Shown here: piece after piece, positions 1-9,213 of the stretch | Layout: each line of letters begins with the position of its first letter | How positions within the stretch are numbered: the stretch's first letter is position 1 | Origin: Candidatus Latescibacterota bacterium | GTDB taxonomy: Bacteria; Latescibacterota; UBA2968; GCA-2709665 | Direction: 5' to 3' | NCBI GenBank assembly: GCA_965248435.1 | Contig: OZ252100.1 | Location: forward strand, 704,001 to 768,000 | Length of the DNA stretch: 64,000 bases | Program-made: the position numbers and the translations under genes | Notes under the pieces: generated by a model | Database searches by the model: none | What the model was told of the DNA's origin: nothing | Seen by the model: only the letters and a program-made list of their open reading frames with translations

Positions 1-2
1 TC

Positions 3-524
3 CGCCAGATCAAAACACTGGAACACGAGGGCTACGTCTTCGAGGGCGCGGAGGCCTCTTTTGAGATGCTTGCTAGAAAGGCCCTGGGAACCCACCGGGA
101 CCCCTTTCAACTGATCAGTTTCCGGACCATCAATCGAAAGACCTCGGAGGGAACTGAGGTGGAGGCCATCGTCAAAATCAGCGTCGATGAGGAGACCTAC
201 CACACGGTCGGCGAGGGAGACGGACCGGTCAACGCGCTCGACGCAGCCCTCAGGCATGCCCTGGAGGAAGTCTATCCCACCTTGAAAGATGTCCGCCTGG
301 AAGACTACAAGGTGCGTGTCCTTTCGAGCCAGGAAGGGACCGCTGCCAAAGTCCGAGTCCTGATCGAATCGTCGGACGGGACATCGATCTGGAGTACGGT
401 CGGCGTTTCTGAAAACATCATCGAGGCTAGTTGGATCGCCCTGGTGGATAGCCTGACTTACAAACTCTTCAAAGACGGTGTCCTCTCATCCCACGCTTCA
501 AAGACCGAGAAGAGACTGGCTTAA
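3..524 (+). CDS. cimA: Citramalate synthase (LeuA/CimA family), C-terminal part; gene starts before the window
   Basis: Frame open from base 3 (RQIKTLEHEGYVFEGAEASFEML). LeuA allosteric-domain motifs GEGDGPVNALDAALR, DYKVRVL, VRVLIES, WSTVGVSENIIEASW. Confidence 0.8.
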   Translation, partial: RQIKTLEHEGYVFEGAEASFEMLARKALGTHRDPFQLISFRTINRKTSEGTEVEAIVKISVDEETYHTVGEGDGPVNALDAALRHALEEVYPTLKDVRLEDYKVRVLSSQEGTAAKVRVLIESSDGTSIWSTVGVSENIIEASWIALVDSLTYKLFKDGVLSSHASKTEKRLA

Positions 525-548
525 CCCTCAAGAACGCGGTTGCTGTGT

Positions 549-1721
549 ATGGAAATCACATCTAGAAGAATCGAACGTCTGCCGCCCTATGTGTTTGAAG
601 AGGTGAACGCATTGAAGATGAGGCTGAGGCGGAGAGGCATTGACATCATCGACCTGGGCATGGGGAATCCGGACCAACCGACCCCAGCACATATCGTCGA
701 AAAGCTCAACGAAGTCTCTCAGGACGGCAAGACACACCGGTATGCCCCTTCCGCCGGCCTCATGGCCCTGCGACGCGCCATCTGCCGGCACTACAAGCGC
801 CGCTACGACGTAGACCTGGACCCGGAGACGGAGGCCATCGTGACGATCGGTTCCAAGGAGGGCCTCTCTCATATCTGCCTCGCGCTGCTCGATCCGGGCG
901 ACCTTGCCGTCGTACCGAATCCGGCCTACCCTTTGCACTTATATGGCGTAGCCATCGCAAACGGAAACGTGGTCAGCCTTCCTCTGAGGCCGGAAAAGGA
1001 ATTCGTGCCCGAGATTCAGATGATCTCACGGGAGCTCTGGCCAAAACCGAAAATGATGATCTTCAATTTCCCACACAACCCAACCACGGCGACCGTGGAT
1101 ATCGCTTTCTTCGAAGAGATCGTGGATTTCGCGAGGCGTCAGCAGATCATCGTGATTCACGACCTGGCCTACGCGGATATCGTTTTCGATGGATACCAGG
1201 CCCCAAGCCTCCTGCAAGTCAAAGGGGCAAAGGAAGTTGGCGTCGAGTTCTTCACGATGTCCAAATCTTACAACATGGCCGGGTGGCGTGTCGGGTACTG
1301 CCTGGGCAACCCGGACGTGATCAAAGCGCTGTCCGTCATCAAACAGTACTATGACTATGGGGTCTTTACTCCGATACAAGTAGCCAGCATTGCCGCCCTG
1401 GACGGCCCCCAGGACTGCGTCGAAAAGGCGGCGAAGACCTACCAGGAACGCAGAGATACCCTCGTAGAGGGCCTTGACCGAATCGGATGGCCTGTTCCCA
1501 GCCCCAAGGCGTCCATGTTCGCCTGGGCGCCCATACCGGAGAAACATCGGCACCTCGGGTCGATGAAATTTTCTCTCAAACTCATGGAAGAGGCCGAAGT
1601 CGCGGTCGCCCCCGGCATCGGGTTCGGAGATATGGGAGAAGGCTACGTCCGCATCTCCCTGATCGAGAACGAAGACCGGATTCGTCAGGCGATCCGAAAC
1701 ATCAAGCGAGCGCTGTTTTAA
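549..1721 (+). CDS. alaC: Class I/II PLP aminotransferase, AlaC (YfdZ)/LL-DAP aminotransferase-like
   Basis: RIERLPPYVF, IIDLGMGNPD, NFPHNPT, HDLAYAD, SKSYNMAGWRVG (PLP lysine), LIENEDRIRQA. ATG at 549. The symbol is a best fit and substrate is not certain. Confidence 0.75.
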   Translation: MEITSRRIERLPPYVFEEVNALKMRLRRRGIDIIDLGMGNPDQPTPAHIVEKLNEVSQDGKTHRYAPSAGLMALRRAICRHYKRRYDVDLDPETEAIVTIGSKEGLSHICLALLDPGDLAVVPNPAYPLHLYGVAIANGNVVSLPLRPEKEFVPEIQMISRELWPKPKMMIFNFPHNPTTATVDIAFFEEIVDFARRQQIIVIHDLAYADIVFDGYQAPSLLQVKGAKEVGVEFFTMSKSYNMAGWRVGYCLGNPDVIKALSVIKQYYDYGVFTPIQVASIAALDGPQDCVEKAAKTYQERRDTLVEGLDRIGWPVPSPKASMFAWAPIPEKHRHLGSMKFSLKLMEEAEVAVAPGIGFGDMGEGYVRISLIENEDRIRQAIRNIKRALF

Positions 1722-1733
1722 AGGGGCTGCTTC

Positions 1734-2927
1734 TTGGAGTTGATCGAAGGTTCTATCGTCTCGCCAACTGGATTTAAGGCTGCAGGCGTTGCCTGCGGCC
1801 TCAAGCCCGAAGGCAGAGACCTGGCGTTGATCGTTTCGGACCGGCCTGCCAACGCGGCGGGGATGTTCACGACGAATCAGGTGACCGCCGCACCCATACG
1901 ACTGAACAGGACACACCTTCAGGACGGTCAGGCGCAGGCCATCGTGGCGAACAGCAAAAACGCAAACGCCTGCACAGGAGATCAGGGACTCATAGATGCG
2001 CGGAGAATGGCTGAGCTGTCCGCTGACACGCTCGGCCTGACACCGGAGCAGGTGCTGGTCAACTCGACGGGCGTGATCGGTGTTCCGCTGCCCGTGGGCA
2101 AGATCGAATCGGGCATCCCCGAAGCGGCCGCGCAGTTGTGCGAAGAGGGCTGGGAGGCGGCTGCAGAGGCGATCATGACCACGGATACCGTCACCAAGAT
2201 GGCAACCGTAAGAGCGGAGTGGGCCGGTCGAGCCCTCACGCTCTGCGGCATCGCCAAGGGTGCGGGGATGATCGCCCCCAACATGGCCACGATGCTCGCC
2301 TTCCTAGCGACAGATGCAACCCTCTCCCCCGAGGACCTCAAAACCGCTCTCGGCGAAGCCGTGAGCAAGTCCTTCAACTGCATCACTGTCGACGGAGACA
2401 TGAGCACGAATGACACCGTTCTCATCCTCGCAAACGGGGCAAGCGAAGGAGACAGATTTTCAGGGCAGGAAAACGAGGCTTTTCAGGAAGGACTGGACGC
2501 CGTTTGCATCAGTCTTGCGAAACAGATTGCGCGCGACGGCGAGGGGGCCACGAAACTGATCACCGTCCGGGTCGGCGGCGCCAGGTGCGAAGATGATGCC
2601 AGAAAGATCGGACTCTCTGTCGCCAACTCCAACCTCGTGAAGACGGCTGTCTTCGGGAGGGATCCCAACTGGGGCCGCATCCTCTGTGCCGTGGGTTACG
2701 CAGGTGTGCCGATCGAGGAAAACAGGATCTCTGTCTCCGTGGCCGACATCCCTATCTATGAGAAGGGCGCGGGACTTCATTTCGATAACGACACCGCGGT
2801 GGATGCGCTCTCAAATGGTGAGGTAGAGATTCGCATCGACCTGGGGGAGGGGAGCGAAAAAGCGGAAATTTACACGTGCGATCTCACCTACGACTATGTC
2901 AGAATCAACGCGGAATACACAACTTGA
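1734..2927 (+). CDS. argJ: Bifunctional ornithine acetyltransferase/N-acetylglutamate synthase
   Basis: NSKNANACTG, STGVIG, IMTTDT, KGAGMIAPNMATML (autocleavage site), DGDMSTND, DGEGATK, DPNWGRI, YVRINAEYTT. Confidence 0.96.
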   Translation: MELIEGSIVSPTGFKAAGVACGLKPEGRDLALIVSDRPANAAGMFTTNQVTAAPIRLNRTHLQDGQAQAIVANSKNANACTGDQGLIDARRMAELSADTLGLTPEQVLVNSTGVIGVPLPVGKIESGIPEAAAQLCEEGWEAAAEAIMTTDTVTKMATVRAEWAGRALTLCGIAKGAGMIAPNMATMLAFLATDATLSPEDLKTALGEAVSKSFNCITVDGDMSTNDTVLILANGASEGDRFSGQENEAFQEGLDAVCISLAKQIARDGEGATKLITVRVGGARCEDDARKIGLSVANSNLVKTAVFGRDPNWGRILCAVGYAGVPIEENRISVSVADIPIYEKGAGLHFDNDTAVDALSNGEVEIRIDLGEGSEKAEIYTCDLTYDYVRINAEYTT

Positions 2928-2966
2928 GTCTCTTGTAAGCGTCGCAACAGACGGGAGGGAAAACAA

Positions 2967-4187
2967 TTGAGCGATGTTGAAAGGAATTGGTTCGCCAGTC
3001 GCGTCCTGGGCATCGAGGAATCGATCACGATCGCGACCAGCGCGAGGGCCGGGCAACTCAGACGCGAGGGGATCGACATCATTTCCCTGAGCGCGGGTGA
3101 GCCCGATTTCGATACTCCCGGGAACATCAAGGAAGCCGCCCTTCAGGCCATCAAGGATGGAAAGACCAAATACACACAGCCGGCCAGCGGGATCCCCGAA
3201 CTCAAGGAAACCATCTGCGACAAACTTAAACGGGATAACGGGCTCTCCTACGATCCCCCTCAGATCGTCGTCGCCTGCGGCGCCAAGCAGGTCATCTTCG
3301 ATGCCATCATGGCCCTGATCGAAGATGGAGACGAAGCGATCATACCGGCACCCTATTGGGTGAGTTACGCGGATCAGGTCAAGCTGTTCGACGGGAAGCC
3401 GGTGATTGTAGAAACGACCGCCGAGTCCGGCTTCCGGATTTCTCCCGAGCAACTTCAGAATGCCATCTCACCCAAAACCAAGTTCGTCCTGTTCAACAGC
3501 CCGAACAATCCCACCGGCGAAGTCTATACCAGAGACCAGCTCCAAAAACTGGCCGATGTGATCGCCGACGCCGGCATCTATGTGATCTCCGACGAGATCT
3601 ACGAAAAGATCATCTATGACGGTTTAGAGCACATCTCCATCCCCTCTCTTAATCCCGCACTTATTGATAAATCCCTAGTTATAAATGGGTTATCCAAAGC
3701 CTATGCCATGACAGGCTGGCGTGTCGGCTACGGGGCGGGGCCGCCCGATCTCATGAAATTGATCGCGAAAGTTCAGAGTCAGGAGACGACGAACACCTGT
3801 TCCATCTCACAGTACGCGGCCCTAGAGGCCCTTCGCGGCCCTCAGGCAAGTGTGGAAATGATGCGCCAGGCATTCGAAGAGCGACGCGAGGTCATCGTGA
3901 ACGGCCTCAACCAAATCTCAGGCATCGCGTGTCGGAAGCCTCAGGGCGCCTTCTATGTTTTTCCTGATGTTTCAGAGCTCTACGGTCGGTCCGATGGCAA
4001 AACCGTGATTCAAAACGACGTCGATTTCTGCGAATTCCTCCTCAATCAGGCGCGGGTCGCCGGTGTGCCCGGAAGCGGGTTCGGTGCCGACGCCCACATT
4101 CGACTTTCATACGCGACATCGACGGAATTGATCGAGGGCGCCCTGGACCGGATCGAGAAGGCTGTCGGCCAACTCGAGCCGGCCTGA
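2967..4187 (+). CDS. Aspartate aminotransferase (class I PLP)
   Basis: SAGEPDFDTP, GAKQVIF, PAPYWVSY, NSPNNPTG, SDEIYEK, SKAYAMTGWRVGY. Confidence 0.9.
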   Translation: MSDVERNWFASRVLGIEESITIATSARAGQLRREGIDIISLSAGEPDFDTPGNIKEAALQAIKDGKTKYTQPASGIPELKETICDKLKRDNGLSYDPPQIVVACGAKQVIFDAIMALIEDGDEAIIPAPYWVSYADQVKLFDGKPVIVETTAESGFRISPEQLQNAISPKTKFVLFNSPNNPTGEVYTRDQLQKLADVIADAGIYVISDEIYEKIIYDGLEHISIPSLNPALIDKSLVINGLSKAYAMTGWRVGYGAGPPDLMKLIAKVQSQETTNTCSISQYAALEALRGPQASVEMMRQAFEERREVIVNGLNQISGIACRKPQGAFYVFPDVSELYGRSDGKTVIQNDVDFCEFLLNQARVAGVPGSGFGADAHIRLSYATSTELIEGALDRIEKAVGQLEPA

Positions 4188-4230
4188 GGGAAGGTCTGCC
4201 GGATAATTCGCCTTTGGAGAGTATTTGTCT

Positions 4231-5190
4231 ATGAAGAAGAATGCCTATCTCGATTTTGAGCGACCTATCGCCCAGCTCGAAGAGAAGATCGATGAGATCA
4301 AGGCACAAGCGGCCGCGGAGAACTTAGACGTGCGGGCCGAACTGGCCTCTCTCGAGGCCAGGGTTAAGAAGGTGCAGGAAGAGATCTATTCCAACCTGAC
4401 GCGCTGGCAAAAATACCAGCTCTCCAGACACCCACTTCGACCGCACACCCTCGATTACGTCGAGCTTCTTTTAACAGACTTCGTGGAACTGCACGGAGAT
4501 CGCTCCTTTCGAGACGACCCTGCGATGGTTGGAGGATTCGGGCGAATCGACGGTGAGCCCATTATGATCGTAGGCCATCAGAAGGGTCGGAACACCAAGG
4601 AAAACCTTCAGAGAAACTTTGGCATGGCCAACCCCGAGGGATACCGTAAGGCATTGAGATTAATGCAATTAGCTGCGAAATTTTCGTGCCCCGTCCTCTG
4701 TCTGATCGATACACCCGGCGCCTACCCGGGGCTGGGCTCCGAAGAAAGAAGTGTCTCCGAAGCGATCGCTCGAAATCTTTTCGAGATCTCCAGTCTGCCG
4801 ACCCCAGTCATCGTTGCCATCGTGGGAGAAGGGGCCAGCGGTGGCGCAATTGGAATAGGAATCGGGGATCGTATCCTGATGCTCGAAAACGCATGGTATT
4901 CCGTGATCAATCCCGAGTCCTGTTCACTCATTCTATGGCGCAACCGTGATTACAAAGAAGAGGCAGCCGAAGCCATGAAGATCACGGCGCCCGATCTTTT
5001 GGAATTGGGGATCATCGACAAGGTCGTACCGGAACCCTTTGGAGGGGCCCATCGAAATCACGACGAAACGGCCGGGGCATTGAAGCGAGCGGTAGTGGAA
5101 GGCCTGGACCAACTCAGACAGGTTCCCTTGGACCAGCTCGTTCGAATGCGGCGAGAAAAATTCTATCGCATGGGAGTATGGGAAGAGTGA
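4231..5190 (+). CDS. accA: Acetyl-CoA carboxylase carboxyltransferase alpha subunit
   Basis: [60 protein letters not shown]. Confidence 0.97.
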   Translation: MKKNAYLDFERPIAQLEEKIDEIKAQAAAENLDVRAELASLEARVKKVQEEIYSNLTRWQKYQLSRHPLRPHTLDYVELLLTDFVELHGDRSFRDDPAMVGGFGRIDGEPIMIVGHQKGRNTKENLQRNFGMANPEGYRKALRLMQLAAKFSCPVLCLIDTPGAYPGLGSEERSVSEAIARNLFEISSLPTPVIVAIVGEGASGGAIGIGIGDRILMLENAWYSVINPESCSLILWRNRDYKEEAAEAMKITAPDLLELGIIDKVVPEPFGGAHRNHDETAGALKRAVVEGLDQLRQVPLDQLVRMRREKFYRMGVWEE

Positions 5191-5213
5191 TGGATTTTTC
5201 GATTCCCGGAGAG

Positions 5214-5246
5214 CAAAAAATGGGCCACGTCAGGTCCATTTTTTTG
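5214..5246. terminator. Intrinsic terminator after accA, bidirectional form
   Basis: AAAAAATGGGCC (5215-5226) pairs with GGTCCATTTTTT (5233-5244), with A and T tracts flanking the hairpin. Confidence 0.8.
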
Positions 5247-5457
5247 TTGTCGGCAGAGATACTACCCTCTTGCCCGACTAACCTATTGTGGCTTCATCTG
5301 CTACTTGAGATTACATTTCACAAACTATTTGAGGCGCGTCCAAAGCCGATTCTCCGTCACGTTTACACTTAAAAATACTTTTTGTATCGATTCGCTTAAG
5401 TTTCAAGATGTTATCTCACCGAGCTTCTTCTTAAGCGAAATTTGTCTCAAATAAGTC

Positions 5458-5486
5458 TTGACTGAAGGCTGTTGTGCATATATATT
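5458..5486 (+). promoter_or_regulatory. Sigma70-type promoter facing the gene-free structured region
   Basis: TTGACT (5458-5463), 17 nt, TATATT (5481-5486) in an AT-rich tract. A second candidate TTGTAT-17-TATTAT lies just downstream. Confidence 0.65.
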
Positions 5487-5576
5487 CTGACTGTTCTGAA
5501 CAAGCCAAAAGCTTGTATGTTATTGTGCAACAATCTATTATAACATAATATGTACGTCCGTTACAACGTTACTCCA

Positions 5577-6182
5577 CTGGGAGGGAAAACGGGGAATCTG
5601 GGTCACCTTTGATTCATCGATGCGGTCGTCTTCCGAAACTGTTGTGATGATCGTAGGCAATCCCTTATCTGTGAACCGGAGGTCGAGACCCTTTGTCTCA
5701 CGAGTACTACCGCAAGTGATTCCAAGGTCAACCTCCCTTAGTCATCGTTTCTCCAACCGACGTTTTCTCACTCACAGAAGTTGATTCAGAAGGCGTTTCT
5801 TGTAGGCTCGGATCTTCATTTGCCTTTTCAGTTTGAATTGGGCGGAATGGAGCGCTGAGGGTCTATCAGGTAAGATCTGTCTCCGGAGGGAGGCAGGGCA
5901 GGTTCTCTGCCGGTCAGCCAAGGCATTATTGGGGGAGATAATTCCTTGAACCAGACCGATAAAATCAGAGAGCTTGGTCTCTCTTCCGATACGTCACAGT
6001 CGAACCTGGATGATGACCCGAAGCCAACTCCATCCGCCCTTTTTTTTTGCCGGATCTGCGGGTGACGAAATCTCTGACATAAGCGACCCACCGGAGTGGC
6101 CTCGTTCGTTATGACGAGAGATGGGGTTCGTGACCAGCGGGTTTGCGGGGTCGAGTGGGGATGGGACGCTGGGCCCCTTTTT
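5577..6182 (+). ncRNA. Candidate large structured non-coding RNA (or tandem ncRNAs), family unassigned
   Basis: No credible ORF. Consecutive stem domains found by eye at 5577-5777, 5783-5839, 5840-6039 (long rod followed by T9) and 6051-6145, then a terminator-like hairpin 6147-6182. Many G-U pairs on the + strand. Promoter upstream. Confidence 0.55.
6147..6182 (+). terminator. Putative intrinsic terminator closing the structured region
   Basis: GGGGTC (6147-6152) pairs with GGCCCC (6172-6177), plus an inner AGTG/CGCT pair, followed by TTTTT. Confidence 0.45.
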
Positions 6183-6375
6183 AAAGCTTTCTAGAAGCCT
6201 GACCGAGATGTCGAAAGACGATCCTATCAGACTGTCCTATTATATGTAAAGCGATTGAAATCGCTAATACTGGCGATTTCTGGCCGATCTGTAACTCATA
6301 AGAATTTGATGGTGAATGAGTTGTATGCCCAAAAGACCCCGAGGGCCAAACGCAAGGCCCCCCAGGCCAGGCCAC

Positions 6376-6407
6376 AAAAAAACCGGCTGAGATCTCAGCC
6401 GGTTTTT
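6376..6407. terminator. Bidirectional intrinsic terminator downstream of the receiver-domain gene
   Basis: Perfect inverted repeat AAAAACCGGCTGA-GATC-TCAGCCGGTTTTT. Confidence 0.85.
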
Positions 6408-6751
6408 CTAAAAGCAGGGTTTACGCTGGAACTAGGAGGTTTCGCCCAGCACCTCATCCACCTTGTAGCTCGCGGACCCAGAGGTTTGAAATCCACCTCT
6501 TCAGCCGTAGAGGAGACCACGATGAAAGGAAGCGAAGGAAAACGCTCCTGAGCAGCCTTCATGAGCTCGAGACCCGTCATGTTCGGCATCTGATTATCCG
6601 TGACGACGAGGTCCACGGCTCCACCCTCTAAAACCTTAAGGGCTTCACGCCCATCTTCAGCCTCAAGGATTTGGACCTCCTCTTCTTCCAGCAACGACCT
6701 GATTACCAGCCGCACTTCAAACAAATCATCTACGATAAGAACCTGTTTCAT
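6395..6751 (-). CDS. Single-domain response regulator (CheY-like receiver), 3' end probably disrupted
   Basis: VLIVDD, EAEDGREAL, DLVVTDNQMPNMTGLEL (phospho-Asp), PFIVVSS. The C-terminus departs from the REC consensus, and an alternative frame gives KVDEVLGETS* ending at 6432. Confidence 0.75.
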   Translation of the reverse strand: MKQVLIVDDLFEVRLVIRSLLEEEEVQILEAEDGREALKVLEGGAVDLVVTDNQMPNMTGLELMKAAQERFPSLPFIVVSSTAEEVDFKPLGPRATRWMRCWAKPPSSSVNPAFRKTG

Positions 6752-6828
6752 GTATCTGCTCCCGTTTGGATTGCCGCCAAGCTTCCAATAAAAATAATAT
6801 AGCCACGGTCCCTAAAAAAAGCAAGGAT

Positions 6829-9213
6829 TTAGGGCCTCGGCAACCAGCCTTCGGCCTTGATGGCCTCCTTACCGACATCGATTCGAATCGCCCCTCTTAG
6901 GTCCGTGCGATAGGTTGTGATCCCCATCACGTCGAACCTTTGAATGACTTCCGGAGCCGGGTGTCCAAAGCGGTTGTTCGTTCCGCAGGAGATGGTCGCG
7001 AGGCTAGGATTCACGGCTTCGAGGAATCTGCGGGTCGAGGAAGTACGTGATCCGTGGTGCGCAACCTTCAGGACCTCGGAATGGAGCCGATCACCCCATC
7101 CAAGGAGGTCTGGGTCCGTCTCTTGTTCGATATCTCCAGTCAGGAGCACCGCCTTCCCTCCATAGGTCAGCCTCAGAACAACAGAGCCGTTGTTCAACCC
7201 ATCCAGCGATACACCCGCTTCCGAGACAAAGTGTGGGTTCGGGTGAAGGACGAGCCCCCCCACCCCACCAAGCCCGACCAGGCTGTCCCCGGCCGCAACG
7301 GCGTAGTACGAGATACCTCTCTCCTGAATCAGGGTCCTGATCCTCTGAGCGGTCCAGGAATCATAACGTTGCCCTGAATCCAGGTAGGCACCGATTTCGA
7401 GCGTCTCGAGCAGCGTCACCAGTCCTCCGATGTGGTCACCGTGCGGATGCGACGCGACCACTACATCGATCCGCTCGATGCCCAGTTCCCTCAGAAAAGG
7501 GACCAGGACACGCTCCCCCACGTCATATCCTTGTTGTCGCACCCCGCCGTCGACAAGCATCGTCCTTCCGCGAGGAGACCTGAGAAAAACCGCATCTCCC
7601 TGACCGACATCCAACACAGTGATCTCCAGATTAGACGGGCGACGAATCAGGTCTTCCCAGACCCAGAGGTTCGCGAACGCGAGCGCACAAAAGGCAATCC
7701 ATTTGCCCACTTTCGGCTGACGAACCTCGGGGAGAACGGTCGTGAGGACGCAGAGGTAGAGTCCAACGAACGCCCACGATGGCTTTGGCACTTCCACGAG
7801 CGCCCAGTCCGGTTCGCCCAGCAGACCGGCACAGGCAATCGCTGCCTTCAACACTGCCCAGATCGCGCCATTTATCAGGATCGCGACCTGTACAAGAGAG
7901 ACCGAAAGGATGGCTGAAAGCAGCCCGAGTGACACTGCAGCTCCAACAAGGGGTACCACAACGAGATTTCCCAGAATCGAAATCGGGGACAGATGTCCAA
8001 AATAGGTCGCGACAAATGGGGCGGTCCCTGCCTGAGCAGCGAGCGAAACGGCAACAGGCATAGAAATCCACTTCTTCCAAACCTGCCTCCCCTGGGGCAC
8101 CCACTCCTGAATGGCCGGGCAGAGTGCGAGGATGGCCGCGGTGGCCGCGAACGAAAGCTGAAAGCCGACGTCGAAAAGCTCCTGCGGCCGATAGGCGAGC
8201 AAGCCCAACCCAGCGACACCCAACGTGTTCAGCCCATCCCCGTCCCGGTCGCTCAGTGCCCCCAGGACAACCAGGGACCCCATGATCGAAGCCCGAAGAA
8301 CCGAGGGGCGAAGTCCCGTCACGAGTGCATACATCAAGACCCCGGCCACAGTCATCACGCCGGTCCATCGCTGCCCTAGGCCGAGGCAGCGCAGTCCAAA
8401 GAAGATGGACGCCGCAACCAGGCCCACGTGCAGTCCAGAAACGGCCAGTACGTGATTGACGCCCGACCTCGCGAACGCCTCTCGGACCTCCTCTGGCACG
8501 CTCCGCTTCTCTCCAAGAAGGAGACCTTTGAGAAGGCCGGCAGGCGCGCCAGAGAGATTCTTATCTACAGATCGACGAACCGTTCTTCTAATGGGCAGGA
8601 TGACCTGCTTCCAGAGCCCATTCCTTCTTCCAGGCCGGATTTCGACGATCTGTCCGGGGTCTCGTACTTTGGCCGTCCCATATATCCCCTTTCGCTCCAG
8701 GTGGCTCCGATAATCGAAGCCTCCAGGATTCCTCGCAGGCTCGGGCCTGCGCAGCCGGACACGGAGGTGTAACGAATCTCCGTATTCGATCTCAGGACCG
8801 GGTGCCTTAAATCGAATCAAGACGGAGCCACAGGTTGAAAATTGCTTTGTGTCCAGCAGGGCGCGTTCAACGTCTAGAACGAGGCTCAAATCATCCCCCA
8901 CCCATTCGGGCTCTCGAGAAACCTCACCGATGATCTCGACCTCACCCCGGGGATCGATCCAGTGGACGATGTGGCGTGGAGGAAGCAGCGTTGCCATTTC
9001 GTAACGCATCATCCCGGAGGAACAAAGAAGAAAGCCGATGTTCCATCCTATCCACCGACCTCTCCACTTTGAGATCGAGCCAACAAGGAGGAGTGAAAAC
9101 GATACCGTTGTAGTGGCGACAGCAGCGGCACCCGGCAATGCCCAGGAATTGCCCAGGGCGATTCCCAGTCCAAACCAGACGGCTGCCTCGAGTGCAGGAC
9201 GTCGACGTCCCAT
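6829..9213 (-). CDS. comEC: DNA-uptake competence protein ComEC/Rec2
   Basis: RNPGGFDY, HVLAVSGLHVG, PSVLRASIM, GFQLSFAAT, LDVGQGDA, SHPHGDHIGG, KVAHHGSRTSS, NRFGHP. ATG at 9213 with GAGGA RBS. Confidence 0.95.
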   Translation of the reverse strand: MGRRRPALEAAVWFGLGIALGNSWALPGAAAVATTTVSFSLLLVGSISKWRGRWIGWNIGFLLCSSGMMRYEMATLLPPRHIVHWIDPRGEVEIIGEVSREPEWVGDDLSLVLDVERALLDTKQFSTCGSVLIRFKAPGPEIEYGDSLHLRVRLRRPEPARNPGGFDYRSHLERKGIYGTAKVRDPGQIVEIRPGRRNGLWKQVILPIRRTVRRSVDKNLSGAPAGLLKGLLLGEKRSVPEEVREAFARSGVNHVLAVSGLHVGLVAASIFFGLRCLGLGQRWTGVMTVAGVLMYALVTGLRPSVLRASIMGSLVVLGALSDRDGDGLNTLGVAGLGLLAYRPQELFDVGFQLSFAATAAILALCPAIQEWVPQGRQVWKKWISMPVAVSLAAQAGTAPFVATYFGHLSPISILGNLVVVPLVGAAVSLGLLSAILSVSLVQVAILINGAIWAVLKAAIACAGLLGEPDWALVEVPKPSWAFVGLYLCVLTTVLPEVRQPKVGKWIAFCALAFANLWVWEDLIRRPSNLEITVLDVGQGDAVFLRSPRGRTMLVDGGVRQQGYDVGERVLVPFLRELGIERIDVVVASHPHGDHIGGLVTLLETLEIGAYLDSGQRYDSWTAQRIRTLIQERGISYYAVAAGDSLVGLGGVGGLVLHPNPHFVSEAGVSLDGLNNGSVVLRLTYGGKAVLLTGDIEQETDPDLLGWGDRLHSEVLKVAHHGSRTSSTRRFLEAVNPSLATISCGTNNRFGHPAPEVIQRFDVMGITTYRTDLRGAIRIDVGKEAIKAEGWLPRP

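Noticed and set aside
5585-5765. Cobalamin-riboswitch-like words (GGGAA...GCGGT...ACTGT...AGTCA)
   Set aside because: Spacing is off, the B12 box (AGYCAGRAGACC) is not intact and no downstream gene lies on this strand. An Rfam scan would settle it.
5620-5784. 54-codon ORF (MRSSSETVVM...) inside the structured region, plus track ORFs 5178-5372, 5828-6091, 6181-6375 and 6255-6551
   Set aside because: No RBS, Ser/Arg/Pro-rich composition typical of non-coding frames, no recognisable motifs, and some run through terminators.
5866-6010. SRP-like (CAGG...CCGGAGGGAGGCAG), T-loop-like (GGTTCGACT on the minus strand) and hammerhead-like (TGATGA/GAAA) fragments
   Set aside because: The motifs are non-contiguous or lack the required flanking stems. 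There is no cloverleaf or CCA end.
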